Shown one piece after another: positions 53,952 to 64,000 of a stretch of 64,000 nt of DNA (the stretch's first letter is position 1; every line of letters starts with the position of its first letter). The notes beneath the pieces were generated by a model. The model was not told where the DNA came from and made no database searches. It saw only the letters and a list, made by a program, of their open reading frames with translations. This DNA is from Candidatus Eiseniibacteriota bacterium (GTDB lineage: Bacteria > Eisenbacteria > RBG-16-71-46 > CAIMUX01 > VGJL01), in NCBI GenBank assembly GCA_963792585.1, contig CAWBWI010000003.1, forward strand, positions 1,120,001 through 1,184,000, read 5' to 3'. Made by a program: the position numbers and the translations under genes.

Positions 53952-54836
53952 ATGTTGCTCAGCATGACCGGATACGGCCGCGCCGAGACGCGCGAGGGTG
54001 GACGGACCCTTGCCGTCGAGATCCGAACCGTGAACCACCGTTTCGCGGAGCTTTCCGTCCGCCTTCCAAAGAGTTTTGCGATGCTCGAGAACCGAGTCCG
54101 CGAACGGGTTCAGGAGCGCCTGAGCCGCGGGAAGATCACCCTGTCCGTATCGATGGACGGCGATGACGGCGAGCTTGGCAACCTCAAGATCGACGAGTCG
54201 GTCGCCCGGCGCTATGCCGAGATCCTCAAGGAGTTGAAGAAGAAGCTCGGGCTTGCCGGAGAGCTGGATATCTCGACCTTCGTGACGCTGCCCGACGTCC
54301 TGACGTGGGAGCGCAACGAGCTGAATGAGGAAGCGGGCTGGAAGCTGCTCGAGGGGCCCCTCAACCGCGCCCTCGAAGACTTGCTCGCGATGAAACGTCG
54401 CGAAGGGGAACTTCTCGCGAAGGACCTGACCGCTCGGATCGAGGGGATCCTCGCCGGAGTGACCCGGGTCGAGGCCCGCGTCCCCGGCATGATCGACAGC
54501 GTTCGGGTTCGCCTGCGCGACCGATTGCAGGAGATCCTGCAAGACAACGAGGCGGATTACCAGCGGCAGCGCCTCGAGGCCGAGATCGTCCTGTTTGCCG
54601 ATCGGACCGATTCGACCGAGGAGTGCGTCCGGTTGCGCGCCCACTGTCAGCAATTCGTCGAGCTGATCCGCTCCCCGCAGCCCGCGGGACGCAAACTCAA
54701 CTTCCTGCTCCAGGAGATGAATCGTGAGGCGAATACCATCGGCTCGAAATCGATCGACGTCGAGATCGCGCGCGAGGTGATCACGATCAAAGAAGAGGCC
54801 GAGCGCCTGCGCGAGCAGGTGGCGAACATCGAATAG
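53952..54836 (+). CDS. yicC: YicC/YloC family endoribonuclease
   Basis: SMTGYG, VNHRF, GRKLNFLLQEMNREANTIGSK, REQVANIE. Confidence 0.95.
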   Translation: MLLSMTGYGRAETREGGRTLAVEIRTVNHRFAELSVRLPKSFAMLENRVRERVQERLSRGKITLSVSMDGDDGELGNLKIDESVARRYAEILKELKKKLGLAGELDISTFVTLPDVLTWERNELNEEAGWKLLEGPLNRALEDLLAMKRREGELLAKDLTARIEGILAGVTRVEARVPGMIDSVRVRLRDRLQEILQDNEADYQRQRLEAEIVLFADRTDSTEECVRLRAHCQQFVELIRSPQPAGRKLNFLLQEMNREANTIGSKSIDVEIAREVITIKEEAERLREQVANIE

Positions 54837-54853
54837 CCGGGCGGGGAATCCGG

Positions 54854-55471
54854 ATGAATGAGCTCTCCACGGACCGCTGGCGCCGGATCGACGTCTCCTT
54901 TCCGATCGTCGTCTCCGGGCCGTCCGGTGTGGGGAAGACGTCGATCGTCGACTGCCTGCTGGAACTGGATCCCCAATGCGTGCGCTCCATCTCCGCCACG
55001 ACGCGGCTGCCGCGGGCGGGAGAACGCGACGGCGAGAGCTACTTCTTCGTAGCCGAGGAACGATTCCTGCAGATGCGGGAGAGGGGAGAGCTGGCGGAGT
55101 CGGCGGTCTACCGTGACTGCTGGTATGGCACGCCGAAGGCGTTTCTGAAATCGCAGATCGACGCCGGTCTCTCCGTCGTCCTCAACATCGAGGTTCAGGG
55201 CGGCCTTCAGGTGAAACGCCACGACCCCGGATCGGTTCTGGTATTCGTCCTCCCACCGTCGTGGGATGAGTTGCGCCGTCGTCTCACGAGTCGTGGGACC
55301 GACACACCCGAGTCGATCGATGGACGGATCCGCCGCGGCGTGGAAGAGCTCGAGATGGTCCGGGACTATGACTTCGTCATCGTCAACGATGATCTGAACC
55401 GTTGCGTGGCCGACCTGGCGGCGATCGTCCGCGCAGAGCGACGGCGCCGCACGCGCCTCGAGCGCGTTTAG
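54854..55471 (+). CDS. gmk: Guanylate kinase
   Basis: SGPSGVGKT, SATTRLPRAGE, YGT, RGTD. Confidence 0.96.
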   Translation: MNELSTDRWRRIDVSFPIVVSGPSGVGKTSIVDCLLELDPQCVRSISATTRLPRAGERDGESYFFVAEERFLQMRERGELAESAVYRDCWYGTPKAFLKSQIDAGLSVVLNIEVQGGLQVKRHDPGSVLVFVLPPSWDELRRRLTSRGTDTPESIDGRIRRGVEELEMVRDYDFVIVNDDLNRCVADLAAIVRAERRRRTRLERV

Positions 55472-55480
55472 GAGGAGCCC

Positions 55481-56740
55481 GTGGAAGCAATTCCTGCGCC
55501 CCGCCGTCGCGTCGTTCTGGGCGTGACGGGGTCGATCGCCGCGTACAAGGCGGCCGAGATCATCCGTCTGTTCCGCAAGCGCGGGCTCGACGTCCACGTG
55601 GTGATGACTCCGTCCGCGCGTCACTTCATCACGCCGATGACCCTCGGCACCCTGTCGGGCAATCCGGTCACGGTCGACCTGTTCGCCGCCGAGACGGGCG
55701 GGCCCTACATGGAGTGGGGAAACGAACAGGGCATCCGGCACATCCAGGCTAGTCGCGAGTCGGATCTGATCGTCGTTGCGCCCGCCACGGGAAACTTGAT
55801 CGGCAAAATCGCCCACGGGATCGCGGACGAGCCCCTTTCGACCGCGATTCTCGCCTCCTCGGTGCGCGTCCTGATCGCCCCGGCGATGAATACGCGGATG
55901 TGGGAGAACACTGCGGTGCAGTCGAACGTGTCCCTTCTACGCGAACGGGGATATTTCTTCGTGGATCCCGAGGAGGGCGATCTTGCCTGTGGAGAGTTCG
56001 GCCGCGGAAAGATGGCCGACCCATCCGTCATCGTCGAGGCCGCTCTTCGCCTCATGGGCCCCGCGCGAGCAGATCTTCCGCGCGTTCTGGTGACCGCCGG
56101 AAGGACCGAGGAGCCGATCGACCCGGTGCGCTTCCTGTCGAATCACTCGAGCGGGAAGATGGGCTTCGCGATTGCCGAAGCGGCGCGCGATCTCGGCTAT
56201 CCGGTCACTCTGGTGCACGGCGCAGTCTCCATCGCGCCGCCGAGCGGGGTCGAACGGATCGAAACCCGCACGGCCGCCGATATGTTGAGAGAGCTCCGGC
56301 GCCTTTCGTCTTCCCACCCCATTCTGGTGATGGCGGCGGCGGTCGCAGACTACCGCGCGGCGAGCGTGAACAAGGGCAAGATCGCGTCGGGGAACGCCTC
56401 GATGGTCCTCAAGCTCGCCCCCACGACCGATATCCTCGCCGCCATCGCGGCGGGGCGCACCGGTTTGAAGACGGTCGGCTTCGCCCTCGAGACCGAGCGC
56501 GGCCGGGAGCGGGCCCGCCGGAAGCTGCGCAAGAAAGGGTGCGATCTCATCGTCTTGAACGACCCCACGCGCCCCGGCAGCGCCTTCGGCGGAGAGACCA
56601 ACGAGGTGGCCTTTCTCTACGCGGACGGTCGCGAAGAAGCACTACCTATCATGAAGAAAGAGGACGTGGCACGGGAGCTGATGCGGCGGATCGAGCAACT
56701 CGAGACGCCCGGCGCGCGCCGCGGGAGGAGCAAACGTTGA
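55481..56740 (+). CDS. coaBC: Phosphopantothenoylcysteine decarboxylase/ligase
   Basis: GVTGSIAAYK, APAMN, EPIDPVRFLSNHSSGKMG, AAVADY, GFALET. Confidence 0.96.
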   Translation: MEAIPAPRRRVVLGVTGSIAAYKAAEIIRLFRKRGLDVHVVMTPSARHFITPMTLGTLSGNPVTVDLFAAETGGPYMEWGNEQGIRHIQASRESDLIVVAPATGNLIGKIAHGIADEPLSTAILASSVRVLIAPAMNTRMWENTAVQSNVSLLRERGYFFVDPEEGDLACGEFGRGKMADPSVIVEAALRLMGPARADLPRVLVTAGRTEEPIDPVRFLSNHSSGKMGFAIAEAARDLGYPVTLVHGAVSIAPPSGVERIETRTAADMLRELRRLSSSHPILVMAAAVADYRAASVNKGKIASGNASMVLKLAPTTDILAAIAAGRTGLKTVGFALETERGRERARRKLRKKGCDLIVLNDPTRPGSAFGGETNEVAFLYADGREEALPIMKKEDVARELMRRIEQLETPGARRGRSKR

Positions 56741-57744
56741 ATCGCGACGAGATCCTCGGGGCAATCCGGCTGCAGATGGAACAGGAGCGGAGACATGGCG
56801 TCTCGCTCTGGTGCGACGCCGATCTCGCCGCGGCGCTAAGGGCTTCCGCGCCGGGCCCCGACACGGTCGCGGGCTCCGGCGCCGGCCAGGGTCCCGCGCT
56901 CGACCGTTCCGCCCAGCTGCGCGCCCTGCGCTCCGCCATCCAGCCGCAGTCGCGCATCGGCGGGGGAGGAACCCGGCCCGGCGCACTCGGCGCAGGAATC
57001 AACCGTTTGCCGTCGGGCGCGGCGACCCCCTCCCACGCACCGGCGCGCCTGAACGCCGCGCCCCTGTCACCGAACCCTCCGCAGGCCGCGACGCCCGCGG
57101 TTCCTAGAGCACCCGCCGCTCCCAGGGCGTCGGCCGCGCGCCCGCAGTGGGGCCCGCCCCCGAGCGCGACCGGCCGTGACGCCGACTGGGAACAGAAGCT
57201 CGCCGCGCTCGAGGCGGAGGTGAAGGAGTGCCGGCTCTGCGGGCTTTGTGAGGAACGCAACTCGGTTGTCTTTGGTGTCGGTCGGGCGAGCGTTCCCCTC
57301 GTCTTCGTGGGCGAGGCTCCCGGAGCGGAAGAGGATCGCCAGGGATTGCCGTTCGTCGGGCGCGCCGGCGAGCTGCTGACGAAGATCATCCAGGCGATCG
57401 GCCTCTCGCGGGAGCAGGTCTACATCTGCAACGTGCTGAAGTGCCGCCCGCCCGGCAATCGCGACCCGCTCCCGGACGAGGTCGCGACCTGCGCGCCCTA
57501 CCTCCAGAGCCAGCTCTCGATCTTGAAGCCCAAGGTGATCTGCACCCTCGGCCGGCACTCGACGATGCTCCTCACGGGCCAGGCCCTGCCGATGAAGGCC
57601 GTGCGGGGGCAGGTGTTCGACTACCATGGATGGAAGGTGGTTCCGACCTATCATCCTGCGGCGCTGCTCCGCAATCCCGCCTTGAAGCCGCTCGTCTGGG
57701 AAGATGTTCAGAAGGTCCGCGCCCTGCTCGACGCACAGGAGTGA
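56737..57744 (+). CDS. Uracil-DNA glycosylase family 4 (Fe-S) with Pro/Ala-rich N-terminal extension
   Basis: TTG start overlapping the coaBC stop; CRLCGLC, GEAPG, KCRPPGNR, YHPAALL. Confidence 0.92.
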   Translation: MNRDEILGAIRLQMEQERRHGVSLWCDADLAAALRASAPGPDTVAGSGAGQGPALDRSAQLRALRSAIQPQSRIGGGGTRPGALGAGINRLPSGAATPSHAPARLNAAPLSPNPPQAATPAVPRAPAAPRASAARPQWGPPPSATGRDADWEQKLAALEAEVKECRLCGLCEERNSVVFGVGRASVPLVFVGEAPGAEEDRQGLPFVGRAGELLTKIIQAIGLSREQVYICNVLKCRPPGNRDPLPDEVATCAPYLQSQLSILKPKVICTLGRHSTMLLTGQALPMKAVRGQVFDYHGWKVVPTYHPAALLRNPALKPLVWEDVQKVRALLDAQE

Positions 57745-57755
57745 AGGAGAAGACA

Positions 57756-59138
57756 ATGGCGCCCCCGCAACCGCAACAGGTCGATCCATCCATCCGGATC
57801 CCGCCGCAGAGCCTCGAAGCGGAGCAGGCGGTCCTCGGCGCCATGCTGCTCGACAAGGACGCGATCGGCCGCGCCATCGAGATCCTGACCTCGGACTGTT
57901 TCTACCGCGAGGCGCACCGGAAGGTCTTCGACGCCGTCGCATCCCTCTATGAGCGCGGGATGACCGCCGACCTGATCGGGGTGGCCGAGGAGCTGCGGGC
58001 CCGCAATCACCTCGAGGCCGTCGGCGGCAACGCCTTCCTGTCCAATCTGCAGGATCAGGTTGCGACCGCCGCGCACGTGGAGCACCACTGCCGGCTCGTG
58101 ATGGACAAGCACGTGATGCGGGAGTTGATCCACACCGGCACCGAGATCGTCCGCAGGGGCTATGAAGGGGCGGCCTCCTCCGGCGAGTTGATCGACACGG
58201 CCGAGCAGATGATCTTCTCGATCAACGACCCCCGGATGAAACGCGGGTTTGCATCGCTTCGCTCGCTCCTGCCCGGGGTCGTGAGCGCCCTCGAAATCGC
58301 GCACGACACCAAGAGCGCAATCACCGGCATCCCCAGCGGCTTCGTGGACCTGGATCGACTGACTGCAGGATTCCAGAAGTCGGATTTGATCATCGTCGCC
58401 GGACGCCCCGCGATGGGCAAGACGAGCTTCGCGCTGAATATCGCGGAGCACGCGGCCTCCGAAATGCACATCCCCGTTGGAATCTTCTCTCTCGAGATGT
58501 CGCGCGATCAACTCGTGCAGCGTTTCCTCGCCTCCTGCAGCCAGATTCCTTCGCACCGATTCCGGACCGGGTTCATCAACGACAACGAGTGGGTGAACCT
58601 GATCCAGGCGGCCGGCGTCCTGACCGAGGCGCCAATCTTCATCGACGACACCCCGGCCGCCTCGATCATGGAGATCCGGGCCAAGGCCCGGCGGTTGAAG
58701 AGCGAGCAGAACGTCGGGATGATCATCGTCGACTACCTCCAGCTCGCCCGCGGATTCTCCGAGTCGGAGAACCGCCAGCAGGAGATCAGCTCGATCTCCC
58801 GATCTCTGAAGGCGCTCGCCAAGGAAGTCAACATCCCCGTCATCGCCCTCTCGCAGCTCTCCCGAGCGGTCGAAGGACGCGACGAGAAGCGCCCCGTCCT
58901 TGCCGACCTGCGCGAATCCGGCGCGATCGAGCAGGATGCGGACGTCGTCATCTTCGTCTTCAGGGCGGAGGTCTACGAGAAGGACGAGAAGAAGCGGCGC
59001 GACCTCCACGGTCAGGCCGAGATCATCATCGGCAAGCACCGCAACGGCCCGACGGGGACGGTGAAGCTGTTCTTTCACAATGAGCTCACCCGCTTCTCCG
59101 CGGCCTCCGATCGTACCGACGAGTTCTACCCGGGCTAG
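57756..59138 (+). CDS. dnaB: Replicative DNA helicase
   Basis: PPQSLEAEQAVLG, AGRPAMGKT, DYLQL, SQLSR, DLRESGAIEQDAD. Confidence 0.98.
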   Translation: MAPPQPQQVDPSIRIPPQSLEAEQAVLGAMLLDKDAIGRAIEILTSDCFYREAHRKVFDAVASLYERGMTADLIGVAEELRARNHLEAVGGNAFLSNLQDQVATAAHVEHHCRLVMDKHVMRELIHTGTEIVRRGYEGAASSGELIDTAEQMIFSINDPRMKRGFASLRSLLPGVVSALEIAHDTKSAITGIPSGFVDLDRLTAGFQKSDLIIVAGRPAMGKTSFALNIAEHAASEMHIPVGIFSLEMSRDQLVQRFLASCSQIPSHRFRTGFINDNEWVNLIQAAGVLTEAPIFIDDTPAASIMEIRAKARRLKSEQNVGMIIVDYLQLARGFSESENRQQEISSISRSLKALAKEVNIPVIALSQLSRAVEGRDEKRPVLADLRESGAIEQDADVVIFVFRAEVYEKDEKKRRDLHGQAEIIIGKHRNGPTGTVKLFFHNELTRFSAASDRTDEFYPG

Positions 59139-59144
59139 GCGAGG

Positions 59145-60572
59145 ATGGCGGGACGCGCGGAGGGCGGGCGGAAGGCGAAGGGCGAGCGCAGCGTATTTCT
59201 CTGCAGCGCTTGCGGCGACACGCACGCGCAGTGGTACGGTCGCTGCCCGTCCTGCAGCGAGTGGAACACCCTGAAGGCCTATACGCCGCCCAAGCCGCTT
59301 GCGGGCCCTGCGCGCGGAGGGGGTGGAAGGAGCGCACCGGCATCGCCGGTGGAAACACCCCCGCGCCTGTCGGAGATCCCACTGAGCGCAACACCGCGTC
59401 TCGAGACCGGGATCGGAGAATTCGATCGCACGCTGGGCGGCGGCGTCGTGCCCGGATCGGTGGTGCTGATCGGCGGCGACCCCGGCATCGGCAAGTCGAC
59501 CCTCCTGCTCCAGGCCGCCGGGGCCCTCGTCGCGCGCGGCATCGACACGCTCTACGTTTCGGGGGAGGAGTCCGCGCGCCAGGCCCGGCTTCGCGCCGAG
59601 CGGCTCACGGGCATCCCGGGGCAGATGCGGCTACTGGCCGAACCAAACCTGGAAAAGGTCGCGACGGCGGTCGAATCGCTCGGCCCCGCCGTCCTCGTGA
59701 TCGACTCGATCCAGTCGGCCTACCTCGAGTCGGTTCCCTCGGCGCCCGGCTCGCTGCTGCAGGTGCGGGAATCGGCCCTCTTCCTCCTGCAGTTGGCCAA
59801 GCAGCGCGAGATGGCGGTCTGTTTGATCGGACACGTGACAAAAGAGGGTACCCTGGCGGGTCCGCGCACCCTCGAGCACATGGTCGACACGGTTCTCTAT
59901 CTCGAAGGGGAGCGCTACCAGCACTACAGGATCCTGCGCAGCGTCAAGAACCGCTTCGGAAGCGTCCATGAGATCGGCGTCTTCGACATGCGTGACGACG
60001 GCATGGTCGAGGTTCCCAACCCAAGCCAGGTCTTTCTGAGCGAGCGCACGGCGGGCGCCGTCGGATCGGTGGTCGTCGCGAGCCTCGAGGGGAGCCGCTC
60101 GCTCCTGATGGAGGTGCAGGCCCTCGTCCACCAGAGCCGCTGGACGACGCCGCAGCGGGTGGCGATCGGGTACGATGCGCGCCGTCTGGCCGTTCTGCTC
60201 GCGGTCCTGGCAAAGCGCGGCGGGGTCGACACCGGGCAGCACGACGTCTTCGTCAATGTCGCGGGGGGGCTGCGGGTTGAAGAGCCCGGCGTCGATCTCG
60301 GTATCCTGATCGCGATCGCATCGAGCATGAGGGAAGATCCCCCACCGCCGGACATGGTCGTCCTTGGCGAGGTGGGCCTGGGCGGTGAGGTGAGACGCGT
60401 CGCGCATCCCGAGCGGCGGATCGGCGAGGCGGGCCGCCTCGGGTACGCGCGGGTGCTGTTGCCCGAGGCGAACCGGGCCGATATTGCGCGTGGGGACGGA
60501 CCGCGCTTGATCGGCGTGCGCACGGTGGCCGAGGCGCTCGGCCACGGACTCCAGGGAGGGAAGAAACCATGA
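59145..60572 (+). CDS. radA: DNA repair protein RadA/Sms
   Basis: C4 zinc finger, GDPGIGKST, KNRFG. Confidence 0.97.
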   Translation: MAGRAEGGRKAKGERSVFLCSACGDTHAQWYGRCPSCSEWNTLKAYTPPKPLAGPARGGGGRSAPASPVETPPRLSEIPLSATPRLETGIGEFDRTLGGGVVPGSVVLIGGDPGIGKSTLLLQAAGALVARGIDTLYVSGEESARQARLRAERLTGIPGQMRLLAEPNLEKVATAVESLGPAVLVIDSIQSAYLESVPSAPGSLLQVRESALFLLQLAKQREMAVCLIGHVTKEGTLAGPRTLEHMVDTVLYLEGERYQHYRILRSVKNRFGSVHEIGVFDMRDDGMVEVPNPSQVFLSERTAGAVGSVVVASLEGSRSLLMEVQALVHQSRWTTPQRVAIGYDARRLAVLLAVLAKRGGVDTGQHDVFVNVAGGLRVEEPGVDLGILIAIASSMREDPPPPDMVVLGEVGLGGEVRRVAHPERRIGEAGRLGYARVLLPEANRADIARGDGPRLIGVRTVAEALGHGLQGGKKP

Positions 60573-61309
60573 CCGAGGTCCATCCGATCCCGCACGGGCA
60601 TGCGATTCTGCTCGCCGCCGGCCAGGGGCGCCGGTTCGGCGCAACGGCGGGCAAGGGATTCACCGAGATTCACGGGCGGCCGCTCCTCGCCTGGTCGCTC
60701 CTGACCTTCGCGACCCACCCCCAGATCGAGTCGATCATCGTCGTCGTACCGCCATGGGCGGAGGGAATCGAGCGGACCCGTCGGGAGCTGATCGAGCCGA
60801 TGGGTCTCGGCCACCGCGTCGTGCTGGCCCCGGGGGGGGACCGCAGGCAGGATTCGTCCCAAAGCGGGATCGACGCGTTACCGACCTCCGTCCGTGAGAA
60901 TCCGGGCACGGTGGTTCTGATCCACGATGCGGCTCGGCCGATGGTGTCGGGCTTCCTCATCACACGGTGCCTCCGCGCGCTCGCCGATTTCCCCGACGCG
61001 GCCGGGGTGCTTCCCGCGCTCCCCGTGCGGGAGACCCTGAAGAAGGCAGCCGACGCGTGGGTCGAGCGAACGGTCGATCGCGAGGGACTCTGGGCGGCGC
61101 AAACGCCGCAGGTCTTCCGCCTCGGCGCCCTGCGGGCTGCTCAGGAGAAAGCGATCGCTCAAGGGATCGCCGTCACCGACGATGCCGCGCTCCTCGAGGC
61201 CGCCGGCGAGCGGCTGCGGATCGTCCCGGGCGACATCGAGAACATCAAGGTGACCTATCCCGAAGATCGGATTCTGGTCGAGCGGTTGATGCGCGCTCGA
61301 GAGTCGTAG
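60569..61309 (+). CDS. ispD: 2-C-methyl-D-erythritol 4-phosphate cytidylyltransferase
   Basis: AAGQGRRF, IHDAARP, QTPQVF, TDDA, NIKVT. Confidence 0.95.
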   Translation: MTEVHPIPHGHAILLAAGQGRRFGATAGKGFTEIHGRPLLAWSLLTFATHPQIESIIVVVPPWAEGIERTRRELIEPMGLGHRVVLAPGGDRRQDSSQSGIDALPTSVRENPGTVVLIHDAARPMVSGFLITRCLRALADFPDAAGVLPALPVRETLKKAADAWVERTVDREGLWAAQTPQVFRLGALRAAQEKAIAQGIAVTDDAALLEAAGERLRIVPGDIENIKVTYPEDRILVERLMRARES

Positions 61310-61310
61310 C

Positions 61311-61787
61311 GTGGATCGCGTCGGGATCGGCTACGACCTGCATCGTCTCGTCCCGGGAAGGCCCCTGATGCTGGGCGCCGTGGAGGTTCCCCACACCCTC
61401 GGGCTCCTCGGCCATTCCGACGGGGACGTGCTCGCCCACGCGATCGCCGACGCGCTCCTGGGCGCCGCGGGGCTCGGGGAGATCGGCATCCTCTTTCCAG
61501 ACAGCGATCCCCAGTGGAAGGGAATCGCGGGCGCCGCGCTCCTCACGCAGGTCGCCGCGCGCCTCGGGGAGACCGGCTGGAGGATCGGCAATGTCGACAG
61601 CGTCGTCATTGCCGAACGACCGCGGCTGGCGACCCACCGGACCGCGATGCGCGACGGCCTCGCCGCCGCGCTCGGCGTCGATGTCGATCGTATCTCGGTC
61701 AAGATCAAGTCGAACGAGGGATGCGGGGCGATCGGACGGGGCGAGGCGATCGCCGCTCAGGCGATCGCCCGATTGACGCGGGATTGA
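61311..61787 (+). CDS. ispF: 2-C-methyl-D-erythritol 2,4-cyclodiphosphate synthase
   Basis: GIGYDLH, GHSDGDVLAHA, GRGEAIAA. Confidence 0.96.
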   Translation: MDRVGIGYDLHRLVPGRPLMLGAVEVPHTLGLLGHSDGDVLAHAIADALLGAAGLGEIGILFPDSDPQWKGIAGAALLTQVAARLGETGWRIGNVDSVVIAERPRLATHRTAMRDGLAAALGVDVDRISVKIKSNEGCGAIGRGEAIAAQAIARLTRD

Positions 61788-61823
61788 CGGATCCCGGGCG
61801 GGTCGTCCCGCCGGAATTCCCTC

Positions 61824-62132
61824 CTAGCCTTCTCCCCGCAGCTTCTCCTCGACGCTTCGGATCTTGTCGTCCATCGTTTGGTCCCGGTCCGTCCGTGTGC
61901 CGACGCGGATCGTCGTGGAGATGCGGGGCGATCCCATCGCGTGGACGGTCTCATGGCACTTCCGGAAAGCCGAGAATACCGCATCCCACTCTCCCTCGAC
62001 GTTCGTGCCGTAAGCGTGAAGCCGCGGATTCAGCCCCGCCTCGGCGAGAACCCTCTCGCAGGCGGCCACGTACTTCGAAACCGAGAGTCCCACCCCGACC
62101 GGCACGACACAGATATCGGCGATGACCTTCAT
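61824..62132 (-). CDS. MTH1187 / thiamine-binding family protein
   Basis: SVSKYVA, LHAYGTNVEGEWD, GTRTDR. Confidence 0.9.
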   Translation of the reverse strand: MKVIADICVVPVGVGLSVSKYVAACERVLAEAGLNPRLHAYGTNVEGEWDAVFSAFRKCHETVHAMGSPRISTTIRVGTRTDRDQTMDDKIRSVEEKLRGEG

Positions 62133-62566
62133 GAGCCTCTCCTCTCCTCGCGCGTCCATCGGTGGGGCGAGCGACGTGAGCGGCGACCGTTCCGTCCTCC
62201 TACCCCGAGACGGATGATATCGGTGCCCTCCCCGCCCGTCTGCCCCCCTCGTTCAATCGCCGTTTCTCAGGAAGACTCCGTCGTCCTCGGTCCGATCGGG
62301 AGAGCTCGGCTGGATTGGCGGCGAGGGGCGCCCCCGAGACTTTGGGCCACAGGGAGTTTCGTACGAACCAAATTGCCTCGTCCCACGTCCAATCAGGTCG
62401 TCCGAGTCGCCCTGTGCCGGCGCATCGCCGAGAGGTTCATGGGAACCCGGAGGGCCCTCCCTGCGCTAGAACGCAGATCGCCGCTTGTACCCGGGGGGAC
62501 GAGAGGGTAGGGAGAGTAGGTCGTGACGCTCGCGGATGGGCCACCACCGATTTTCGGGGAGGATCG

Positions 62567-64000
62567 ATGACCGGAGCTGCCTTCTATCTTCTCGGCCTGC
62601 TGATTGCCGCGATCTGGTTCTGGATGCGGCCTCGCTGGGGGCTCGGCAGAGTCGTCCTGTTCTGGTGGATAGGCCTCCTGCTCATGCGGGTGGCTCCGGG
62701 TCTGGTGATCTCCCTGCTCCCGGATGGGACCCCTCCCGGTCGAGCGGACGTGGCCCGAACGTTCCTCGACGTCGTCGCGTTCTTCGGATCGATCTTGCTG
62801 CTTCGCTCGCTCGGTTCCCTCCTGACGTGGAATCGCTCCCGGCGCCGTTTTCATTGGATATTGGGGTGGCTGTTCGGTCTGGGGTTGGTTTTAGGCGCCT
62901 TTGGGGACTCCAGATTCCCCTGGTATGTCTACTTGCTGATGGGTTCCTTCCTGTTCTGGGTCCGTTGGCGGGAGGATCTCCATGCGGGCGGGCTCACCAT
63001 TGCGGCTCTCACCGGAATCCTCAGCGTCATTCTGGCCGGGATCACGTGGGGGGCCGGGGCTCCGGAGCCCGGGAGCCTCTCCTTCGGGCTGACCCGACTC
63101 AAGGATGTGGCGTCCCGGCTCGGCTTCCTCTACGGGATGATCGCGACGGTTCCCGCCGCTGTACGGATCCATCTCTCGATTCGCCGGATCGGCCGCCGGC
63201 TCGTCGTCTCCCACGTGCTCGCCGGACTGGTTCCGGGAGGCCTCGCGGCGATCTTCCTCCTGACCTCGAGCGCGCTGTTCCTCTCGACGTACCGCGGAGA
63301 ACTCGGGGCCGGTCTGCTGGCCGACAGCGCGCAGACGGCGAGAAACAGGCTTGCCCGCTACTTATCGATCCCCGAGGGGAGTCGCCCGTTTCCGTACGGA
63401 GAGGAGATCTCCCAACAGACCGTCGTGACCCGCCGGGCTGACGGGTCGATTCAGGTCGCGGGGGCGGCTCTGCCGTTCCTGGCCGATTCGCTTCTCCGGG
63501 CGGATGTCTCGAGTTCCGAGGCGCCCCTGCTCTGGGACGGCGGAACGCTCTTCCTGAGAGCCCGGCTGGACACGCTCGTGGACGGCGCCCCAACGAGGAT
63601 CGAGGCGCTGGCGCCGGTCGACTCGCTTCGCATGGTTCGGGTGAGCCGGCTCCTGGGGGTCCCGATCCGCGTGAGCCCGCGGCTGAAGGTCACCCGTCAA
63701 GGGGGAGGCATCTCGATCGGGCAGGGGGACTCCACCGTATCCGGTGCGATCGGTCCCCCCAGGCCAGCGGGAAGAAGTCTTCCGGGCGGGACGATCGTCC
63801 CCTGTCTGGTCCGCGAGGCGAACGGATGGGTCGTGCGGGCGATTCCGCTTTCCTCGAGCGCAAGCCTCATGGAGCCGATCCGAAGCCTCCTCTCGACGGC
63901 CCGCGAGAACCCCCTTGCGATCGTCGTGCTCCTGGCCCTGGGGGTCATCGCCTTCATGTTCATCGGCGCGATCATGATCACCATGGCCATGGTGGTTCGG
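62567..64000 (+). CDS. Polytopic membrane protein, partial; possibly the sensor N-terminus of a HAMP-containing signalling protein
   Basis: GGAGG RBS and ATG 62567; frame appears open to the window end. Several TM helices, IRRIGRRLVVSHVLAGLVP, an extracytoplasmic region and a final TM. The catalytic domain is outside the window. Confidence 0.65.
   Translation, partial: MTGAAFYLLGLLIAAIWFWMRPRWGLGRVVLFWWIGLLLMRVAPGLVISLLPDGTPPGRADVARTFLDVVAFFGSILLLRSLGSLLTWNRSRRRFHWILGWLFGLGLVLGAFGDSRFPWYVYLLMGSFLFWVRWREDLHAGGLTIAALTGILSVILAGITWGAGAPEPGSLSFGLTRLKDVASRLGFLYGMIATVPAAVRIHLSIRRIGRRLVVSHVLAGLVPGGLAAIFLLTSSALFLSTYRGELGAGLLADSAQTARNRLARYLSIPEGSRPFPYGEEISQQTVVTRRADGSIQVAGAALPFLADSLLRADVSSSEAPLLWDGGTLFLRARLDTLVDGAPTRIEALAPVDSLRMVRVSRLLGVPIRVSPRLKVTRQGGGISIGQGDSTVSGAIGPPRPAGRSLPGGTIVPCLVREANGWVVRAIPLSSSASLMEPIRSLLSTARENPLAIVVLLALGVIAFMFIGAIMITMAMVVR

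Noticed and set aside
62255..62400. TPP riboswitch upstream of the thiamine-binding family gene
   Set aside because: CUGAGA and ACCUGAU both occur on the minus strand but in the wrong order and too far apart.

Overview
High-GC bacterial chromosome segment with about 50 genes and no rRNA, tRNA, CRISPR or mobile element that I can support. The secreted proteins carry FlgD/T9SS-like C-terminal domains or a 'TWGxIK' tail, which suggests a Candidatus Eisenbacteria-like (FCB-related) organism; this is inference. The left half is accessory or metabolic: pfkA, LD-carboxypeptidase, DUF362, a MurJ-like flippase/methyltransferase/two-glycosyltransferase cluster, amidohydrolase, OPT transporter, CoA-transferase, a divergent Ald, tsaD, qNor, a divergent membrane pyrophosphatase, TerC, a sigma54-type promoter before a REC-GGDEF/REC pair, an unannotated 32-aa Lys-rich ORF, polB and a block of secreted proteins. 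The right half is mostly housekeeping: priA, ilvC, rho-rpmE-prfA-prmC, murA-selB, rqcH and yicC-gmk-coaBC-udg-dnaB-radA-ispD-ispF. The most interesting signals are: (1) two distinct C-terminal sorting-like signals on exported proteins plus a shared 6-Cys repeat, pointing to a poorly described surface-protein export system; (2) tandem CGC-motif UshA-like proteins in a selB-bearing genome; (3) the regulatory spacer between norB and hppA, with a Crp/Fnr-type box, a sigma70 promoter and a candidate Na+ riboswitch. Several genes, including murA, carry single-base frameshifts that are most likely sequencing or consensus errors.
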